Below are positions 15,254 to 25,467 of a stretch of DNA of 59,735 bases, piece by piece. The notes under the pieces are model-generated. The model ran no database searches, had not been told where the DNA came from, and saw only the letters and a list, made by a program, of their open reading frames with translations. Source of the DNA: a virus (Duplodnaviria > Caudoviricetes); the IMG/VR virus record IMGVR_UViG_3300028388_003770, positions 1 through 59,735 of that record. One strand, 5' to 3'. The stretch's first letter is position 1. Every line of letters starts with the position of its first letter. The position numbers and the translations under genes are program-made.

Positions 15254-17196
15254 CACCGATCTTTCTCGACTACGAGACGTTCTGGGACGTCGGCTACACG
15301 CTGAGCAAGCTCACGCCCTTGGAGTACCTGACCGACGAGCGCTTCGAGCTGCAGACCTGCTCGACCATCGTCGGTAGGGGCGAGCCCGTGTTCACCGTGG
15401 GGTTCGACGAGACCGCCGAGTACCTGCGATCGCTGGACATGAGCGACGCCATTGTCGTGGCCCACAACGGCAATGAGTTCGACCACATGATCTCCCACTG
15501 GATGATCGGGCTCCGGCCCCGGATGTGGGGCGACACGCTGGCGATGGCCCGGCCCCACCACGCCAAGAACCCCGGGCTCAGCCTGGCCAAGCTGGCCGAC
15601 CACTTCGGGCTGCGAACAAAGGGGTCGCTGGACTTCGTCAACCTCAAGGGGGTGCGGCTGGAGGATTTCACCGCCGCCGATCTGATGAAGATGAAGGCCT
15701 ACAACGACCTCGACGCCTTCATTCTGCGGGACCTGTTCCCGCTCCTGCTGCGCAAGACCCCGCCCGACGAGATGCGCCTGATCGACGAGACGGCGCGCAT
15801 GATCCTCGAGCCTCAGTTCGACGCCGACACCGACCTGCTGCGCCGTGGGCTCAAGGCCGAGCGGGTGCGCAAGAAGCGCCAGCTCCAGCGCCTCGCCGAG
15901 CTGCTGGACACACGGCGCACCGACGAAGACTGGGAGGTGTGCGTACGCGCCACCTGCAGCTCGCAGGCGAAGTTCAAGGCGCTTCTCACGGAGCTTGGTG
16001 TCGAGTGCCCCATGAAGCCAAGCCCGAGCGACCCCGCGAAGCGGATCCCGGCCCTGGCCAAGACCGACGAGGGCATGGCCGCGCTGCTGGAGCACGAGGA
16101 CGAGGTGGTGCGGGCGGCGGCCGAGGCCCGGCTGGGGGTGAAGTCGACCCAGCTGGAGACCCGGATCGTGCGGTTCCTCGACGCTGCCGAGCGCTGCGAC
16201 GGGAAGCTGCCGGTGCCACTGCGTTACGCCGGGGCGGACACCACCCTGCGTTTCAGCGGCACCTTCGCGCTGAACATGCAGAACCTCCCGCGGATCGGCA
16301 AGAAGCCGAAGATCTCCGACGTGCTGCGCTACAGCCTGCAGGCGCCGGAGGGGTACGTGGTGTGCGTGGCGGACCTCTCGGCCATCGAGCTGCGGGTGAA
16401 CCACTTCCTGTGGAAGGTGGAGGACACCATAGCCCGGTTCGACGCCGACCCGCAGGCGGACGTCTACAAGAGCTTCGCAGCAGAGGAGCTCTACCACATC
16501 GCCGAGGAGCTCATCAGCAAGCTGCAGAGGTTCGTCGCGAAGGTGGCCCAGCTGCAGCTCGGCTACTACTCTGGGTGGCCCAAGCTGCAGGCAGCGGCGC
16601 GGATCATGTCCGACGGCGACGTGCTGCTCGAGGACCAGGAGGCCCGGCGGATCGTCGACGCGTGGCGGGCGAAGTACAATCGGATCGTGGACGGGTGGCG
16701 GCGCCTGGGCGAGGCCCTGGAGTTCATGCACGACGGCAACGGGCTGTTCCCGATCGACGAGTGGGGGCTGTGCATCGCCTCCAAGCACGGCATCAAGACG
16801 CCCAAGGCCCTGCTGACCTACCCGCAGCTCCACCAGAGGGACGTGGAGCGGTTCGGGCGCATGCAGCCGCAGTGGTTCTACAAGTCGAGTCGCGGGATGA
16901 AGGCCGTGCACGGCGGGGTGCTGTGCGAGAACATCAGCCAGCACCTGGCCGGCCAGGTGATGAAGGACGCCATCGTGCGCTTCAGCGCCACCGGCATCCC
17001 GGCGCGCTACTGCTACCGCCCGCACCTCGCCCACCAGGTGCACGACGAGATGATCTACGTGGCCAAGGCCAAGCACGCCGACCGGGTGCTGGCCGGGATG
17101 CAAGACGCCCTGCGCGCCCGCCCCGAGTGGTGGCCGGAGCTGGTGACCTGGTCCGAGGGAGGGTACGCGGACTGCTATGGGAAGGTGGACAAGTGA
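15250..17196 (+). CDS. polA: DNA polymerase family A with 3'-5' exonuclease
   Basis: ExoI LDYET, AHNG..FD, motif A ADLSAIELR, motif B RFVAKVAQLQLGY, motif C QVHDE. Confidence 0.95.
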   Translation: MTPIFLDYETFWDVGYTLSKLTPLEYLTDERFELQTCSTIVGRGEPVFTVGFDETAEYLRSLDMSDAIVVAHNGNEFDHMISHWMIGLRPRMWGDTLAMARPHHAKNPGLSLAKLADHFGLRTKGSLDFVNLKGVRLEDFTAADLMKMKAYNDLDAFILRDLFPLLLRKTPPDEMRLIDETARMILEPQFDADTDLLRRGLKAERVRKKRQLQRLAELLDTRRTDEDWEVCVRATCSSQAKFKALLTELGVECPMKPSPSDPAKRIPALAKTDEGMAALLEHEDEVVRAAAEARLGVKSTQLETRIVRFLDAAERCDGKLPVPLRYAGADTTLRFSGTFALNMQNLPRIGKKPKISDVLRYSLQAPEGYVVCVADLSAIELRVNHFLWKVEDTIARFDADPQADVYKSFAAEELYHIAEELISKLQRFVAKVAQLQLGYYSGWPKLQAAARIMSDGDVLLEDQEARRIVDAWRAKYNRIVDGWRRLGEALEFMHDGNGLFPIDEWGLCIASKHGIKTPKALLTYPQLHQRDVERFGRMQPQWFYKSSRGMKAVHGGVLCENISQHLAGQVMKDAIVRFSATGIPARYCYRPHLAHQVHDEMIYVAKAKHADRVLAGMQDALRARPEWWPELVTWSEGGYADCYGKVDK

Positions 17197-17369
17197 CGGC
17201 CCACAAGTGGGCGCCTTATTACAGCCACACCCCCGAGGATCTGTTCCGCGGGGCCCGGCGGCGCTGCACAAAGTGTGGTGCCATACAGGAGCGCGTCGCC
17301 GACCACGCTTGGGGTCGAGTGGTGGCCCGGCGCTGGTCTCCGCCGGCGGGGCGATGTAAGGGCAAGTGA
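17193..17369 (+). CDS. Small zinc-ribbon-like protein
   Basis: GTGA overlap, CTKCG. Confidence 0.55.
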   Translation: MTAHKWAPYYSHTPEDLFRGARRRCTKCGAIQERVADHAWGRVVARRWSPPAGRCKGK

Positions 17370-17494
17370 GCATCCTTGAATACCTGCGCGTGATCCCGCG
17401 CCGGTGCAACGGCCACAAGGGCAATCGGGTGTGCCTGCACCAGCACGAGCTGTTCCACGTGGAGCCGGAGCCCCATCAGCTGGCGCTGCTGTAG

Positions 17495-17523
17495 GTGACG
17501 CAGCGATCACGCCCCGATAGAAT
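17495..17523 (+). promoter_or_regulatory. Sigma70-like promoter
   Basis: GTGACG-17nt-TAGAAT upstream of 17556. Confidence 0.5.
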
Positions 17524-17555
17524 AGGCAATGTCCAACAACAACTAGGAGAGGTTT

Positions 17556-18269
17556 ATGAGCAAGCCCGTAGCCTGGAGCTACTCTGTCCTGAGCAGCTTC
17601 GAGACGTGCCCCCGTCGCCACCACGAGACCCGTGTGGCCAAGACCACCCCCGACCCCATGGGCATCGACGCTCTGCTCGGGATCGACAGCCACAAGGCCC
17701 TGGAGCTGCGGGCGCGGGACAACATGCCGCTGCCCCAGGTCATCACGTCCCGCACCCCCGACGGGCTCAAGACCGGCAAGATGTCCACCGAGGGGTGGGA
17801 GGCCTACGTCCGCAGGATCTGCGCCGCCCCCGGGCAGCTCATCACGGAGACGCAGGTCGCCCTCAACAAGAACCTGCAGCCGGTGAAGTGGTTCGGCAAG
17901 GACGTCTGGGTCCGGGGCGTGATCGACATCGGGAAGATCCTGGGCAACAAGGGCATGTTCTGGGACTGGAAGACCGGCAAGCGCAAAGAGGACACCGACC
18001 AGCTCAAGCTGTTCGCCGCGCTCGGGTTCGCCAAGTGGCCGCAGCTCGAGCACATCCGCACGGGGTACCTGTGGCTGCCGGCGAAGAAGCTCGATCAGGA
18101 GTCGTTCAGCCGGGCCGACGTGCCCAGCATCTGGGACGCGTTCCTGCCCCGGGTACGCCGCCTGGAGCACGCGCATGCCGAGAACAAGTGGCCGGAGAAG
18201 CCGAGCGGGTTGTGCAAGAAATGGTGCCCGGTCCACCACTGCCAGTACAACGGGCAGTTCAGGGGGTAG
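17556..18269 (+). CDS. Cas4-like PD-(D/E)xK exonuclease
   Basis: SYS..FETCP, GVID, DWKTG, QL, C..WCPVHHC cluster. Confidence 0.9.
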   Translation: MSKPVAWSYSVLSSFETCPRRHHETRVAKTTPDPMGIDALLGIDSHKALELRARDNMPLPQVITSRTPDGLKTGKMSTEGWEAYVRRICAAPGQLITETQVALNKNLQPVKWFGKDVWVRGVIDIGKILGNKGMFWDWKTGKRKEDTDQLKLFAALGFAKWPQLEHIRTGYLWLPAKKLDQESFSRADVPSIWDAFLPRVRRLEHAHAENKWPEKPSGLCKKWCPVHHCQYNGQFRG

Positions 18270-18297
18270 CCCCTCACCACCACGACTGGAGAAGACT

Positions 18298-18663
18298 ATG
18301 TACGCACGAATCTTGCTGAAGCCGAACTACCTCATGATGTTCGGCGAGCGGGGGTATCTGGCAGAGGTGCTTCGTGTCCTGAACGTGGACCAACGAGGCC
18401 GCGTCGCGATGGAGGTCTTCATCGAACCGTCCTCCATTGAGGCGGTCAGGACGTATGCTTCCTCGTTTACTCCGCTGCGGAAGGTGCAAGACCCGGTCGA
18501 GCGTGATCGCTTTACGCTGGTCACCGAAGACGACTTCCGCGCTGCGCTCATGCGGGTCGAAAACGCAGAGGCGGCTGCCCGACAGGCCCTCACTGCTTGC
18601 GAGGAGGCGCTGTCTTGTATGCAGGAGTTGGTCGACACGCAGGGCCGCAGTGGCCACTCCTGA
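18298..18663 (+). CDS. Hypothetical protein (lower-GC insert)
   Basis: GGAG RBS, ATG 18298. Confidence 0.65.
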   Translation: MYARILLKPNYLMMFGERGYLAEVLRVLNVDQRGRVAMEVFIEPSSIEAVRTYASSFTPLRKVQDPVERDRFTLVTEDDFRAALMRVENAEAAARQALTACEEALSCMQELVDTQGRSGHS

Positions 18664-18955
18664 AGGACGGGTCAAGGCCGCGGTCAAGCGGTGGCTCACG
18701 GCCCGGGGTGTCTACTACTACATGCCGGTGCAGAACGGCATGGGCCAGTCGGGCATCCCGGACTTCATGTGCTGCTTCCCCTGGCTGAACGGGCGCATGG
18801 TGGCAATCGAGACCAAGGCGCCGGGCAAGCGGGGATCCACTACCCCCAACCAGGATCGCGAGATCCGCAAGATCAACAAAGCCGGTGGGGTGGCCGTCGT
18901 CATCGACGATGTGTGCCAGCTCGACGAGCTGTTTGGGAGGGACGATGATCGTTAA
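18650..18955 (+). CDS. VRR-NUC domain nuclease (Holliday junction resolvase-like)
   Basis: TPEGRVK, GIPD, AIETKAPG, TPNQ, GGVAVV. Confidence 0.9.
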   Translation: MATPEGRVKAAVKRWLTARGVYYYMPVQNGMGQSGIPDFMCCFPWLNGRMVAIETKAPGKRGSTTPNQDREIRKINKAGGVAVVIDDVCQLDELFGRDDDR

Positions 18956-20480
18956 ACCCCAGTTCCGCAAGCTGCTGATGCGCCTGCGGGACCCGCTCCG
19001 AGTGGTCGGCTTCGTGCCGCAAGCCAAGGTGGTGCAGTACCGGGGCCGAGCGCTCACCGTCGTACCGTTCGAGATCGACGTCGTGAAGGTGCTGCGCAAC
19101 CTGGGCATCGAGCCACCGAGCCCCATCGAGCACTACTACGACTGGCCCATCCGCCCGGGCTGGACGCCGATGCGCCACCAGATCGCCACGGCTGCCTTCT
19201 TGAGCGAGCACACCCGAGCCTACTGCCTGAACGACCTGGGCACGGCGAAGACGCTGTCCGCCCTGTGGGCCTTCGACTACCTGCGCCAGGAAGGCAAGGT
19301 GCAGCGCGCCCTGGTGGTGGCCCCGCTGTCCACCTGTGAGCGCACGTGGGGAGACGAGGTGTTCGCGCACTTCCCCCATCTCTCGTTTGCCGTGCTCCAC
19401 GGCACCAAGAAGAAACGCCTGCAGCTGCTGGACACGGACCCCCAGGTGGCGATCATCAACCACGACGGCATCAAGACCATCAGCAAGCACCTGGTGCGCC
19501 GCCAGTACGACGTGGTGATCATCGACGAGCTCTCTCAGGCGGCGCGCAACGTCGGCACCGACCGGTGGAAGGCACTCAACAGCCTCGTGCACGGCCGCCC
19601 CTACGCCTGGGGCCTGACCGGCACGCCGATCCCCAACAGCCCCATGGATGCGTGGGCCCAGTGCCGGCTACTGACGCCGAACAGCGTGCCGGGCTACGCC
19701 TCGCACTTTCGCTCGAAGGTGATGAACCAGGTCACCACGTACAAGTGGGTCCCCAAGCCGGATGCGGTGGACACGGTGTTCGCTGCCATGCAGCCGGGGA
19801 TCCGGTTCAAGCGCACCGACGTGATCGACCTGCCGCCGGTGATGTACGAGGAGCGCGAGTGTGACCTGACCCCGGACCAGAAGCGCGCCTACAAGGAGAT
19901 GTGGGACCGCTCCTACACCGAGCACAAAGGTGAGGGGATCAGCGCCGCCAACGAGGGTGTGCGCGTCACCAAGCTGGTACAGATCTGCTGTGGCGCAGCG
20001 ATCGGCGACGACACTCAGGTGACGTTCCCGCCCAAGCCACGCCTCCTCACGCTGCTACAGACGGTCGAGGAGGCGCCGGCCAAGGTGATCGTGTTCGTGC
20101 CCTACCGCGCTCCTCTGGAGCTGATCAACCACGTTCTCAGTAAGCGCTACTCGACGGCGGTGATCCACGGTGGTATCACTAAGACGGCTCGCGACCTGAT
20201 CTTCCACAAGTTCCAGAAGGAGCCCGACCCGCGGGTCCTGGTGGCGCAGCCGGCGGCGATGTCGCACGGGCTCACGCTGACTGAGGCGAACATCATCGTG
20301 TGGTTCGCGCCGCCGAACAACGCTGAGACATATCAACAGGCTAACGGCCGGATCTCGAGGCCGAGTCAGAAACGAAACCAGCTCATCATCCACCTCCACG
20401 GCACCCGCCTGGAGCGCCGGATGTTCGAGCGGCTCAAAGAAAAGGCCACGCTGCAGGGGGTGCTACTCGATATGTTCTAG
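18945..20480 (+). CDS. SNF2-family helicase
   Basis: HQ, DLGTAKT, IIDELS, LTGTP, HGLTLT, QANGRISR. Confidence 0.92.
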   Translation: MIVKPQFRKLLMRLRDPLRVVGFVPQAKVVQYRGRALTVVPFEIDVVKVLRNLGIEPPSPIEHYYDWPIRPGWTPMRHQIATAAFLSEHTRAYCLNDLGTAKTLSALWAFDYLRQEGKVQRALVVAPLSTCERTWGDEVFAHFPHLSFAVLHGTKKKRLQLLDTDPQVAIINHDGIKTISKHLVRRQYDVVIIDELSQAARNVGTDRWKALNSLVHGRPYAWGLTGTPIPNSPMDAWAQCRLLTPNSVPGYASHFRSKVMNQVTTYKWVPKPDAVDTVFAAMQPGIRFKRTDVIDLPPVMYEERECDLTPDQKRAYKEMWDRSYTEHKGEGISAANEGVRVTKLVQICCGAAIGDDTQVTFPPKPRLLTLLQTVEEAPAKVIVFVPYRAPLELINHVLSKRYSTAVIHGGITKTARDLIFHKFQKEPDPRVLVAQPAAMSHGLTLTEANIIVWFAPPNNAETYQQANGRISRPSQKRNQLIIHLHGTRLERRMFERLKEKATLQGVLLDMF

Positions 20481-20488
20481 TATAAGTG

Positions 20489-20517
20489 TTGACAAGAACG
20501 CAGCCATTGTTTACATT
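20489..20517 (+). promoter_or_regulatory. Sigma70 promoter
   Basis: TTGACA-17nt-TACATT, then AGGAGG RBS and ATG 20540. Confidence 0.7.
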
Positions 20518-20539
20518 AACTCAACAACAGGAGGACGCT

Positions 20540-20950
20540 ATGGCTGACGTAGAGCAGCTTACCACGGACCAGCTCATCGAGCGCTATGTCACGATCCGCG
20601 ACGGCAAGGCCGAGCTGGAAGCGGCGCACAAGCAGAAGACGGCGCGCTTCAACCGCGCCATGGAGAAGATCGAGAACCTGCTGATGGCTCGGCTGGACGC
20701 CGAAGGCGAGGAGTCCAAGCGCACTCCTCACGGCACCTGCTACAAGGCGGTGCACACCCGAGCGAAGGTGTCGGACCGGGACGCGTTCCTGCACTTCGTC
20801 ACCGAGCACGACGCCTGGGATTTCGTTGAATCCCGGGTCAACGGCAAGGCTGTTGAGAAGTACGTCGAGGAGCACGGCGACGTGCCCCCCGGCGTCAAGA
20901 CCACGCGGTACGTCAAAGTCGGCGTCCGCCGCGCAACCACTGGAGAGTGA
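20540..20950 (+). CDS. Conserved phage replication-module protein
   Basis: Coiled-coil N-terminus, PPGV motif. Confidence 0.8.
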   Translation: MADVEQLTTDQLIERYVTIRDGKAELEAAHKQKTARFNRAMEKIENLLMARLDAEGEESKRTPHGTCYKAVHTRAKVSDRDAFLHFVTEHDAWDFVESRVNGKAVEKYVEEHGDVPPGVKTTRYVKVGVRRATTGE

Positions 20951-20955
20951 AACCC

Positions 20956-21861
20956 ATGAGCAACATCGTACCTTTCAATCAGGCCGATAACCTGCCCGCC
21001 CACCTGCGCCAGCGCAAGGGCAACACCGGCGCCCTGACCCAGGGCGTGGGGCCCGGGTTCGCCCGCATGTCCATCAAGGGCAAGGTCTGGGCCGTCGTCC
21101 ACGGTGACGAGCGCAACGTGGTGATGAACCCGAAGGACCCGGAGAGCCCGGCGACGTACCTCGGCGCGGTCATCGTGGCGGCGAGCCCCCACCTGTCCCG
21201 CACCTACTTCAAGAAGGGCTTCGAGGAGAACGTGGCGGCGACCCAGCCCGACTGCGCCTCGCTGGATGGGGTCAAGCCGGACCCGGGGGTTCCGGACAAA
21301 CAGGCCGAGTCCTGCGCCGCCTGCCCCCACGCCGCCTACGGCACCGGGGCGAACGGCAAGGGGTTCCGCTGCGCCAACCACCGGCGTCTGGCGATCGCCA
21401 AGCCCGGCGACTACAACGAGGAGGACCTGATGCTGCTGAACGTCCCCGGAGGCTCGCTGAAGAACCTCCGCGGCTTCGCCGAGCAGCTGGACAAGCGCCA
21501 GGTGGACTACGACATGGTGCTGACCCGCCTCAGCTTCGATGCGGAGGAGGCCACGCCGAAGCTCGTCTTCACCCCGGTCGGCTACCTGCCCGAGGACCAC
21601 TACCAGCAGGTGCAGAAGCTGGCCGACAGCGCGATGGTGAAGCAGATCCTGGGCACGCCCGAAGCGGAGGTCCTGGGTACGGCCGGCGCGGAGAAGAAGG
21701 CTGCGGAGAAGAAGGCCGCTGCGGAGAAGAAGGCCGCTGCGGAGAAGAAGGCCGCCGAGGAGAAGGCTGCGGCTGAAGCGGCCTCCAGCAAGGAGCAGGC
21801 GACGGGCGGCGACGGGCTGGCCGACGATCTGGACGCCATGCTGGCGGACTTCGACGACTGA
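20956..21861 (+). CDS. Putative single-stranded DNA-binding protein
   Basis: Position in module, CxxC, AAEKK repeats, acidic C-terminal tail (ADFDD). Confidence 0.7.
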   Translation: MSNIVPFNQADNLPAHLRQRKGNTGALTQGVGPGFARMSIKGKVWAVVHGDERNVVMNPKDPESPATYLGAVIVAASPHLSRTYFKKGFEENVAATQPDCASLDGVKPDPGVPDKQAESCAACPHAAYGTGANGKGFRCANHRRLAIAKPGDYNEEDLMLLNVPGGSLKNLRGFAEQLDKRQVDYDMVLTRLSFDAEEATPKLVFTPVGYLPEDHYQQVQKLADSAMVKQILGTPEAEVLGTAGAEKKAAEKKAAAEKKAAAEKKAAEEKAAAEAASSKEQATGGDGLADDLDAMLADFDD

Positions 21862-21883
21862 CGGCTGATACCACGGCAACCCC

Positions 21884-21909
21884 GGGGCCCGGCTGCGGCT
21901 GGGCCCCTT
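21884..21909 (+). terminator. Hairpin, weak terminator-like
   Basis: GGGGCCCGGC-TGCG-GCTGGGCCCC-TT. Confidence 0.45.
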
Positions 21910-21927
21910 AACCGAGGCCACCACACA

Positions 21928-22209
21928 ATGAGCTTTGACAGAAACACTGCCATCAGAGCGGGGGTGAAGGCGAAGCACGTCGCCCGCCTGCTCGGCGTCA
22001 GTCGGTTCACGGCCAACAACTGGCTGTCCGGCCGCCGACAACCGCACGACCTGATCCACCGGCGGGTGGACCTGTTCGAGGAAGCCCTGAAAGAAGCCAT
22101 CGCCGCAGGGGAGCTGCCCATCACGGACGACGACATGCTCCCCGAGGAGCGTTCCGTGGAGCTGATGCGTATCCTGCGCACCCACATGGAGAAACTCCGC
22201 GAGTCCTGA
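21928..22209 (+). CDS. Helix-turn-helix protein
   Basis: VARLLGVSRFTANNWLSG. Confidence 0.8.
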   Translation: MSFDRNTAIRAGVKAKHVARLLGVSRFTANNWLSGRRQPHDLIHRRVDLFEEALKEAIAAGELPITDDDMLPEERSVELMRILRTHMEKLRES

Positions 22210-22235
22210 GAACGCAGCGATGGAAGCCCAACGTT

Positions 22236-25139
22236 ATGAGAACAAACGATTTTCTACGGGCTGTATTGCCTACCGAAGGCGTGTATTTCGCTGCCTCGTG
22301 GACGAAAGACGAGCGCTATCCGAAAGGGGGGTATTTCCACAACGTGCCGTGCAGCACGATCGAGGAGGTAGCGCTGCAAGCCAAGGCCCTGGCGAGCGCC
22401 GGCCAGGATGCCTACTTCGCTATGGCGTCTTTCCTCGAGGATTCCTACTGGGATCCGGTTCGCAAGAAGTTCCGCAGCCGCACCCAGGACAACGCGCAGT
22501 GGGTCAAGTCCGCGTGGCTCGACCTCGACTGCGGAGAGCAGAAGGCCGCCAAAGGGCGCGGCTACCGGACGCAGGCCGAGGCCGTGAAGGCGTTGAAGGT
22601 GTTCCTGAAGGACACCGCGCTGCCTTCTCCGACGCTGCTGGTCAACTCGGGCAACGGGATCCACGCCTACTGGGTGTTCACTCAGCCGGTGAAGGCCCAA
22701 CTGTGGACCAAGGTTGCGCGGATGTTCAAGGCCGTGCTCGCCGAGATGAAGGTGTACGCCGACCCGATGCGCACGGCAGACGCCGCCAGCGTGCTGCGCC
22801 CGCCGGGCACCTCGAACCTGAAGGACCCGGACAACCCCAAGGAGGTGCGCGTGCTGCGCGAGGGGGCCCAGGTTGGCTTCAAGACGTGGGCGACCCGGCT
22901 GCGGGATCTGTCCACTCAGCTGCGCGTGTCCGTGCCCGGGAGCAAGCCCGCCGCCCGCAGCAAGAACTCGGCCCTCAGCGGCGGCAATCCGCAGCACAAG
23001 CCGAGCGACGCCGAGAAGCTGGCAACCCTGTGCCCGACGGTCGGCGCCATGCAAGACTCGGAGGGCGCTGATCAGCAGGAGCCTCTGTGGTATGCCTGCC
23101 TGGGCGTGCTGGCGTTCACCGAGCAGAGCGACGAGATCTGCCACGCGTGGTCGAAAGGCCACGAGGGGTACAGCTACGAGGCGTGTCAGGAGAAGATCGA
23201 GGCACGGCGCGCGACCGGCTTCGGCCCGACCACCTGCGATTACATACGCCAGCTCGAAGGCTCGCTGTGCGCCAACTGCGTGCAGAAGTGCACCTCACCG
23301 ATCGTACTCGGCCACCCGGACGCGACCCACGCAGTGCGCGAGACGGTCGAGGTGTCGGGTGGCGCCGCTATCGACGTCGGGATCCCGGCCATGCCCGAGG
23401 GGATGGAGGACTACGTGTTCGACCCGGAGCGCGGCGGGCTGTACGTGTGGACCGAAGACAAGGAAGGCCGGCGCTACCAGCAGCGGCTGTGCTCGGCCTT
23501 CCCCACGATCGCCTACCTGTACGTGGACACCGACGGCGAGCACTACGCCCACCTGCGTACCCGCACCCGCCCCGGTGTGTGGGAGGAAAGCGACATCAAG
23601 GCCTCGGCCCTGGCCCAGGGGGGCTACGCGCTGGCCAGCGCGCTGGGGGGTAAGGCCGGGCTCGTGGCCCGCAACCAGAAGGGAGTGACAGAGTTCATGC
23701 AAACGTGGTTCGACCGTCACCGACAGAACCAGGACCTGCAGGTCATGCGCCGGCAGATGGGGTGGCACGCGGACGGGACCTTCGTGCTCGGGTACCGCTC
23801 CTACACGGCCGACGGCGAGGTGCTGGGGTGTACGCTCAGCAAGGAGCTGCACGAATACAGCAGCGCGCACGAGCCGGGCGGCAGCCGCGACGAGCAGGTC
23901 CGCCTGCTCGACCTGCTCTACAATCGACCGTTCTACGAGTGCTATCAGTTCGTGCTGGCCGCGAGCCTGGGCTCGGCCCTGATCCCGCTGATCCACGACG
24001 AGCCCGTGGGCGTGCCCATCAGCCTGTGGGAGAAGGACGGGGGACGGGGCAAGACCACGGCGTGCCGCCTCGCCATCGGCCTGTGGGGGGACCACCGGGG
24101 CAACGCCCAGGTGGCTCATGCGGAGAACATCACCGAGTACGCCATGTACATCATGGCCGGGATGCGCCGGCACCTGCCGGTGCTGCTCGACGAGACCACC
24201 CGGTGGGACCCAAAGCACATCGCCAAGTTCGCCTACGTCTACTCCTCGGGGGTGTCGAGGATCCAGGGCAAGGCCGAGGGCGGGCTGCGCGACAACAGCA
24301 CCCGCAACTGGCAGAACTTCCTCCTGCTCACCGGCAACTCCAGCCTGGTCACCAAGATGGACAGCTCGATCCCGGGCTGTGGGCCGCAGGTGGCGCGCGT
24401 GTTCGAGGTGGAGATCAAGCTGCGCAAGGAGGATCTGCGCAAGGAGGACCGAGAGCTGGTGCGCGAGCTGAGCAACCACTACGGCCACATCGGCACCGAG
24501 TTCATCAAATACGTGGTGCCGCGGGCGCAGAAGGTGAAGCAGTTCACTAACGCCATTTACAAGCACCTGCAGGATACCGTGGACGACTCGGCCGACGCCC
24601 GCTACTGGCTGATGACCGCGGCCTGCGCGATCGCCGCCAACCGCATCGCCTCCTCGCTCGGGCTGTTCCGCTGGCAGCGCGAGCCACTCGAGCAGTGGAT
24701 CTCCGACCACGTGCGGGCCTTGCGCGGGGTGTCGAACGATATGGTCGAGGACCCGGGGGAGCTGCTCTCCAAGATGTTCAACGATCTGCGCACCGGGTTC
24801 CTGGTCACCGACGTCTTCGGCGGCTACAGCCAACGGGCCATGATCGACCCGCACTTCCCCCCGCCCCGGAACCAGGAGTTCACCGGCAGGTTCATCACCA
24901 AGCACCGCGAGCTCTACATCCCGATACGCGTGCTCAAGCGCTGGTGCTCGGACCAGAACATTCCCTACAAGCACCTGCAGACGATGCTGCAGCAAGGTGG
25001 GTGGCTGGCCGATAAGAGCACGAAGAAGTCCCTCACCGTCGGCACCAAGCTCGGCAACATCGGCCAGACCCGGTGCTGGAAGCTGGTGTTCCAGCCCGAC
25101 GACGACCTCGAGCTGGTGCCCGACGATCACTCGCACTAG
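22236..25139 (+). CDS. Primase-helicase (primase N-terminus, PriCT-like, DUF927/NTPase C-terminus)
   Basis: DLD, VNSGNGIHAYW, VLRPPGT, QMGWH, GRGKTT, LLDE. Confidence 0.88.
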   Translation: MRTNDFLRAVLPTEGVYFAASWTKDERYPKGGYFHNVPCSTIEEVALQAKALASAGQDAYFAMASFLEDSYWDPVRKKFRSRTQDNAQWVKSAWLDLDCGEQKAAKGRGYRTQAEAVKALKVFLKDTALPSPTLLVNSGNGIHAYWVFTQPVKAQLWTKVARMFKAVLAEMKVYADPMRTADAASVLRPPGTSNLKDPDNPKEVRVLREGAQVGFKTWATRLRDLSTQLRVSVPGSKPAARSKNSALSGGNPQHKPSDAEKLATLCPTVGAMQDSEGADQQEPLWYACLGVLAFTEQSDEICHAWSKGHEGYSYEACQEKIEARRATGFGPTTCDYIRQLEGSLCANCVQKCTSPIVLGHPDATHAVRETVEVSGGAAIDVGIPAMPEGMEDYVFDPERGGLYVWTEDKEGRRYQQRLCSAFPTIAYLYVDTDGEHYAHLRTRTRPGVWEESDIKASALAQGGYALASALGGKAGLVARNQKGVTEFMQTWFDRHRQNQDLQVMRRQMGWHADGTFVLGYRSYTADGEVLGCTLSKELHEYSSAHEPGGSRDEQVRLLDLLYNRPFYECYQFVLAASLGSALIPLIHDEPVGVPISLWEKDGGRGKTTACRLAIGLWGDHRGNAQVAHAENITEYAMYIMAGMRRHLPVLLDETTRWDPKHIAKFAYVYSSGVSRIQGKAEGGLRDNSTRNWQNFLLLTGNSSLVTKMDSSIPGCGPQVARVFEVEIKLRKEDLRKEDRELVRELSNHYGHIGTEFIKYVVPRAQKVKQFTNAIYKHLQDTVDDSADARYWLMTAACAIAANRIASSLGLFRWQREPLEQWISDHVRALRGVSNDMVEDPGELLSKMFNDLRTGFLVTDVFGGYSQRAMIDPHFPPPRNQEFTGRFITKHRELYIPIRVLKRWCSDQNIPYKHLQTMLQQGGWLADKSTKKSLTVGTKLGNIGQTRCWKLVFQPDDDLELVPDDHSH

Positions 25140-25149
25140 GAGAACCACG

Positions 25150-25467
25150 ATGAGCAACGACAACCGCATCACCGAGGAGCACGTCCACGAGACCGTGCTC
25201 ACCGAGCTTTACCACGTGTTCCCGGGCACCACGCAGACGGTGTGCTGCCTGACCCTGAAGAACGGCTTCACGGTCGTCGGCGAGAGCGCGTGCGTGGACC
25301 CGAACAACTTCGATGCGCAGCTCGGGCGGCAGTACGCCCGAGAAGATGCCATGCGCAAGGTCTGGGAGCTGGAAGGCTACCTGCTGCAGCAGCGCATGCA
25401 CGAAGGGAAGGCCGCGGCGCCGAGCAACGAGGACGTCGAGGCCCTGGTCGACGATCTGACCAGCTGA
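25150..25467 (+). CDS. N4 gp49/Sf6 gp66 family protein
   Basis: LKNGFTVVGESACVDP.NFD..LG...A...KVWELEGY. Confidence 0.88.
   Translation: MSNDNRITEEHVHETVLTELYHVFPGTTQTVCCLTLKNGFTVVGESACVDPNNFDAQLGRQYAREDAMRKVWELEGYLLQQRMHEGKAAAPSNEDVEALVDDLTS

Noticed and set aside
15058-17424. 788-aa minus-strand ORF (also 23295..25202, 9844..11406, 20740..22185)
   Set aside because: Antisense shadows of polA, primase, vWA and SSB genes.
17556-18269. Cas4-like nuclease as evidence of CRISPR-Cas
   Set aside because: No repeat-spacer array or other cas genes. Typical phage replication exonuclease.
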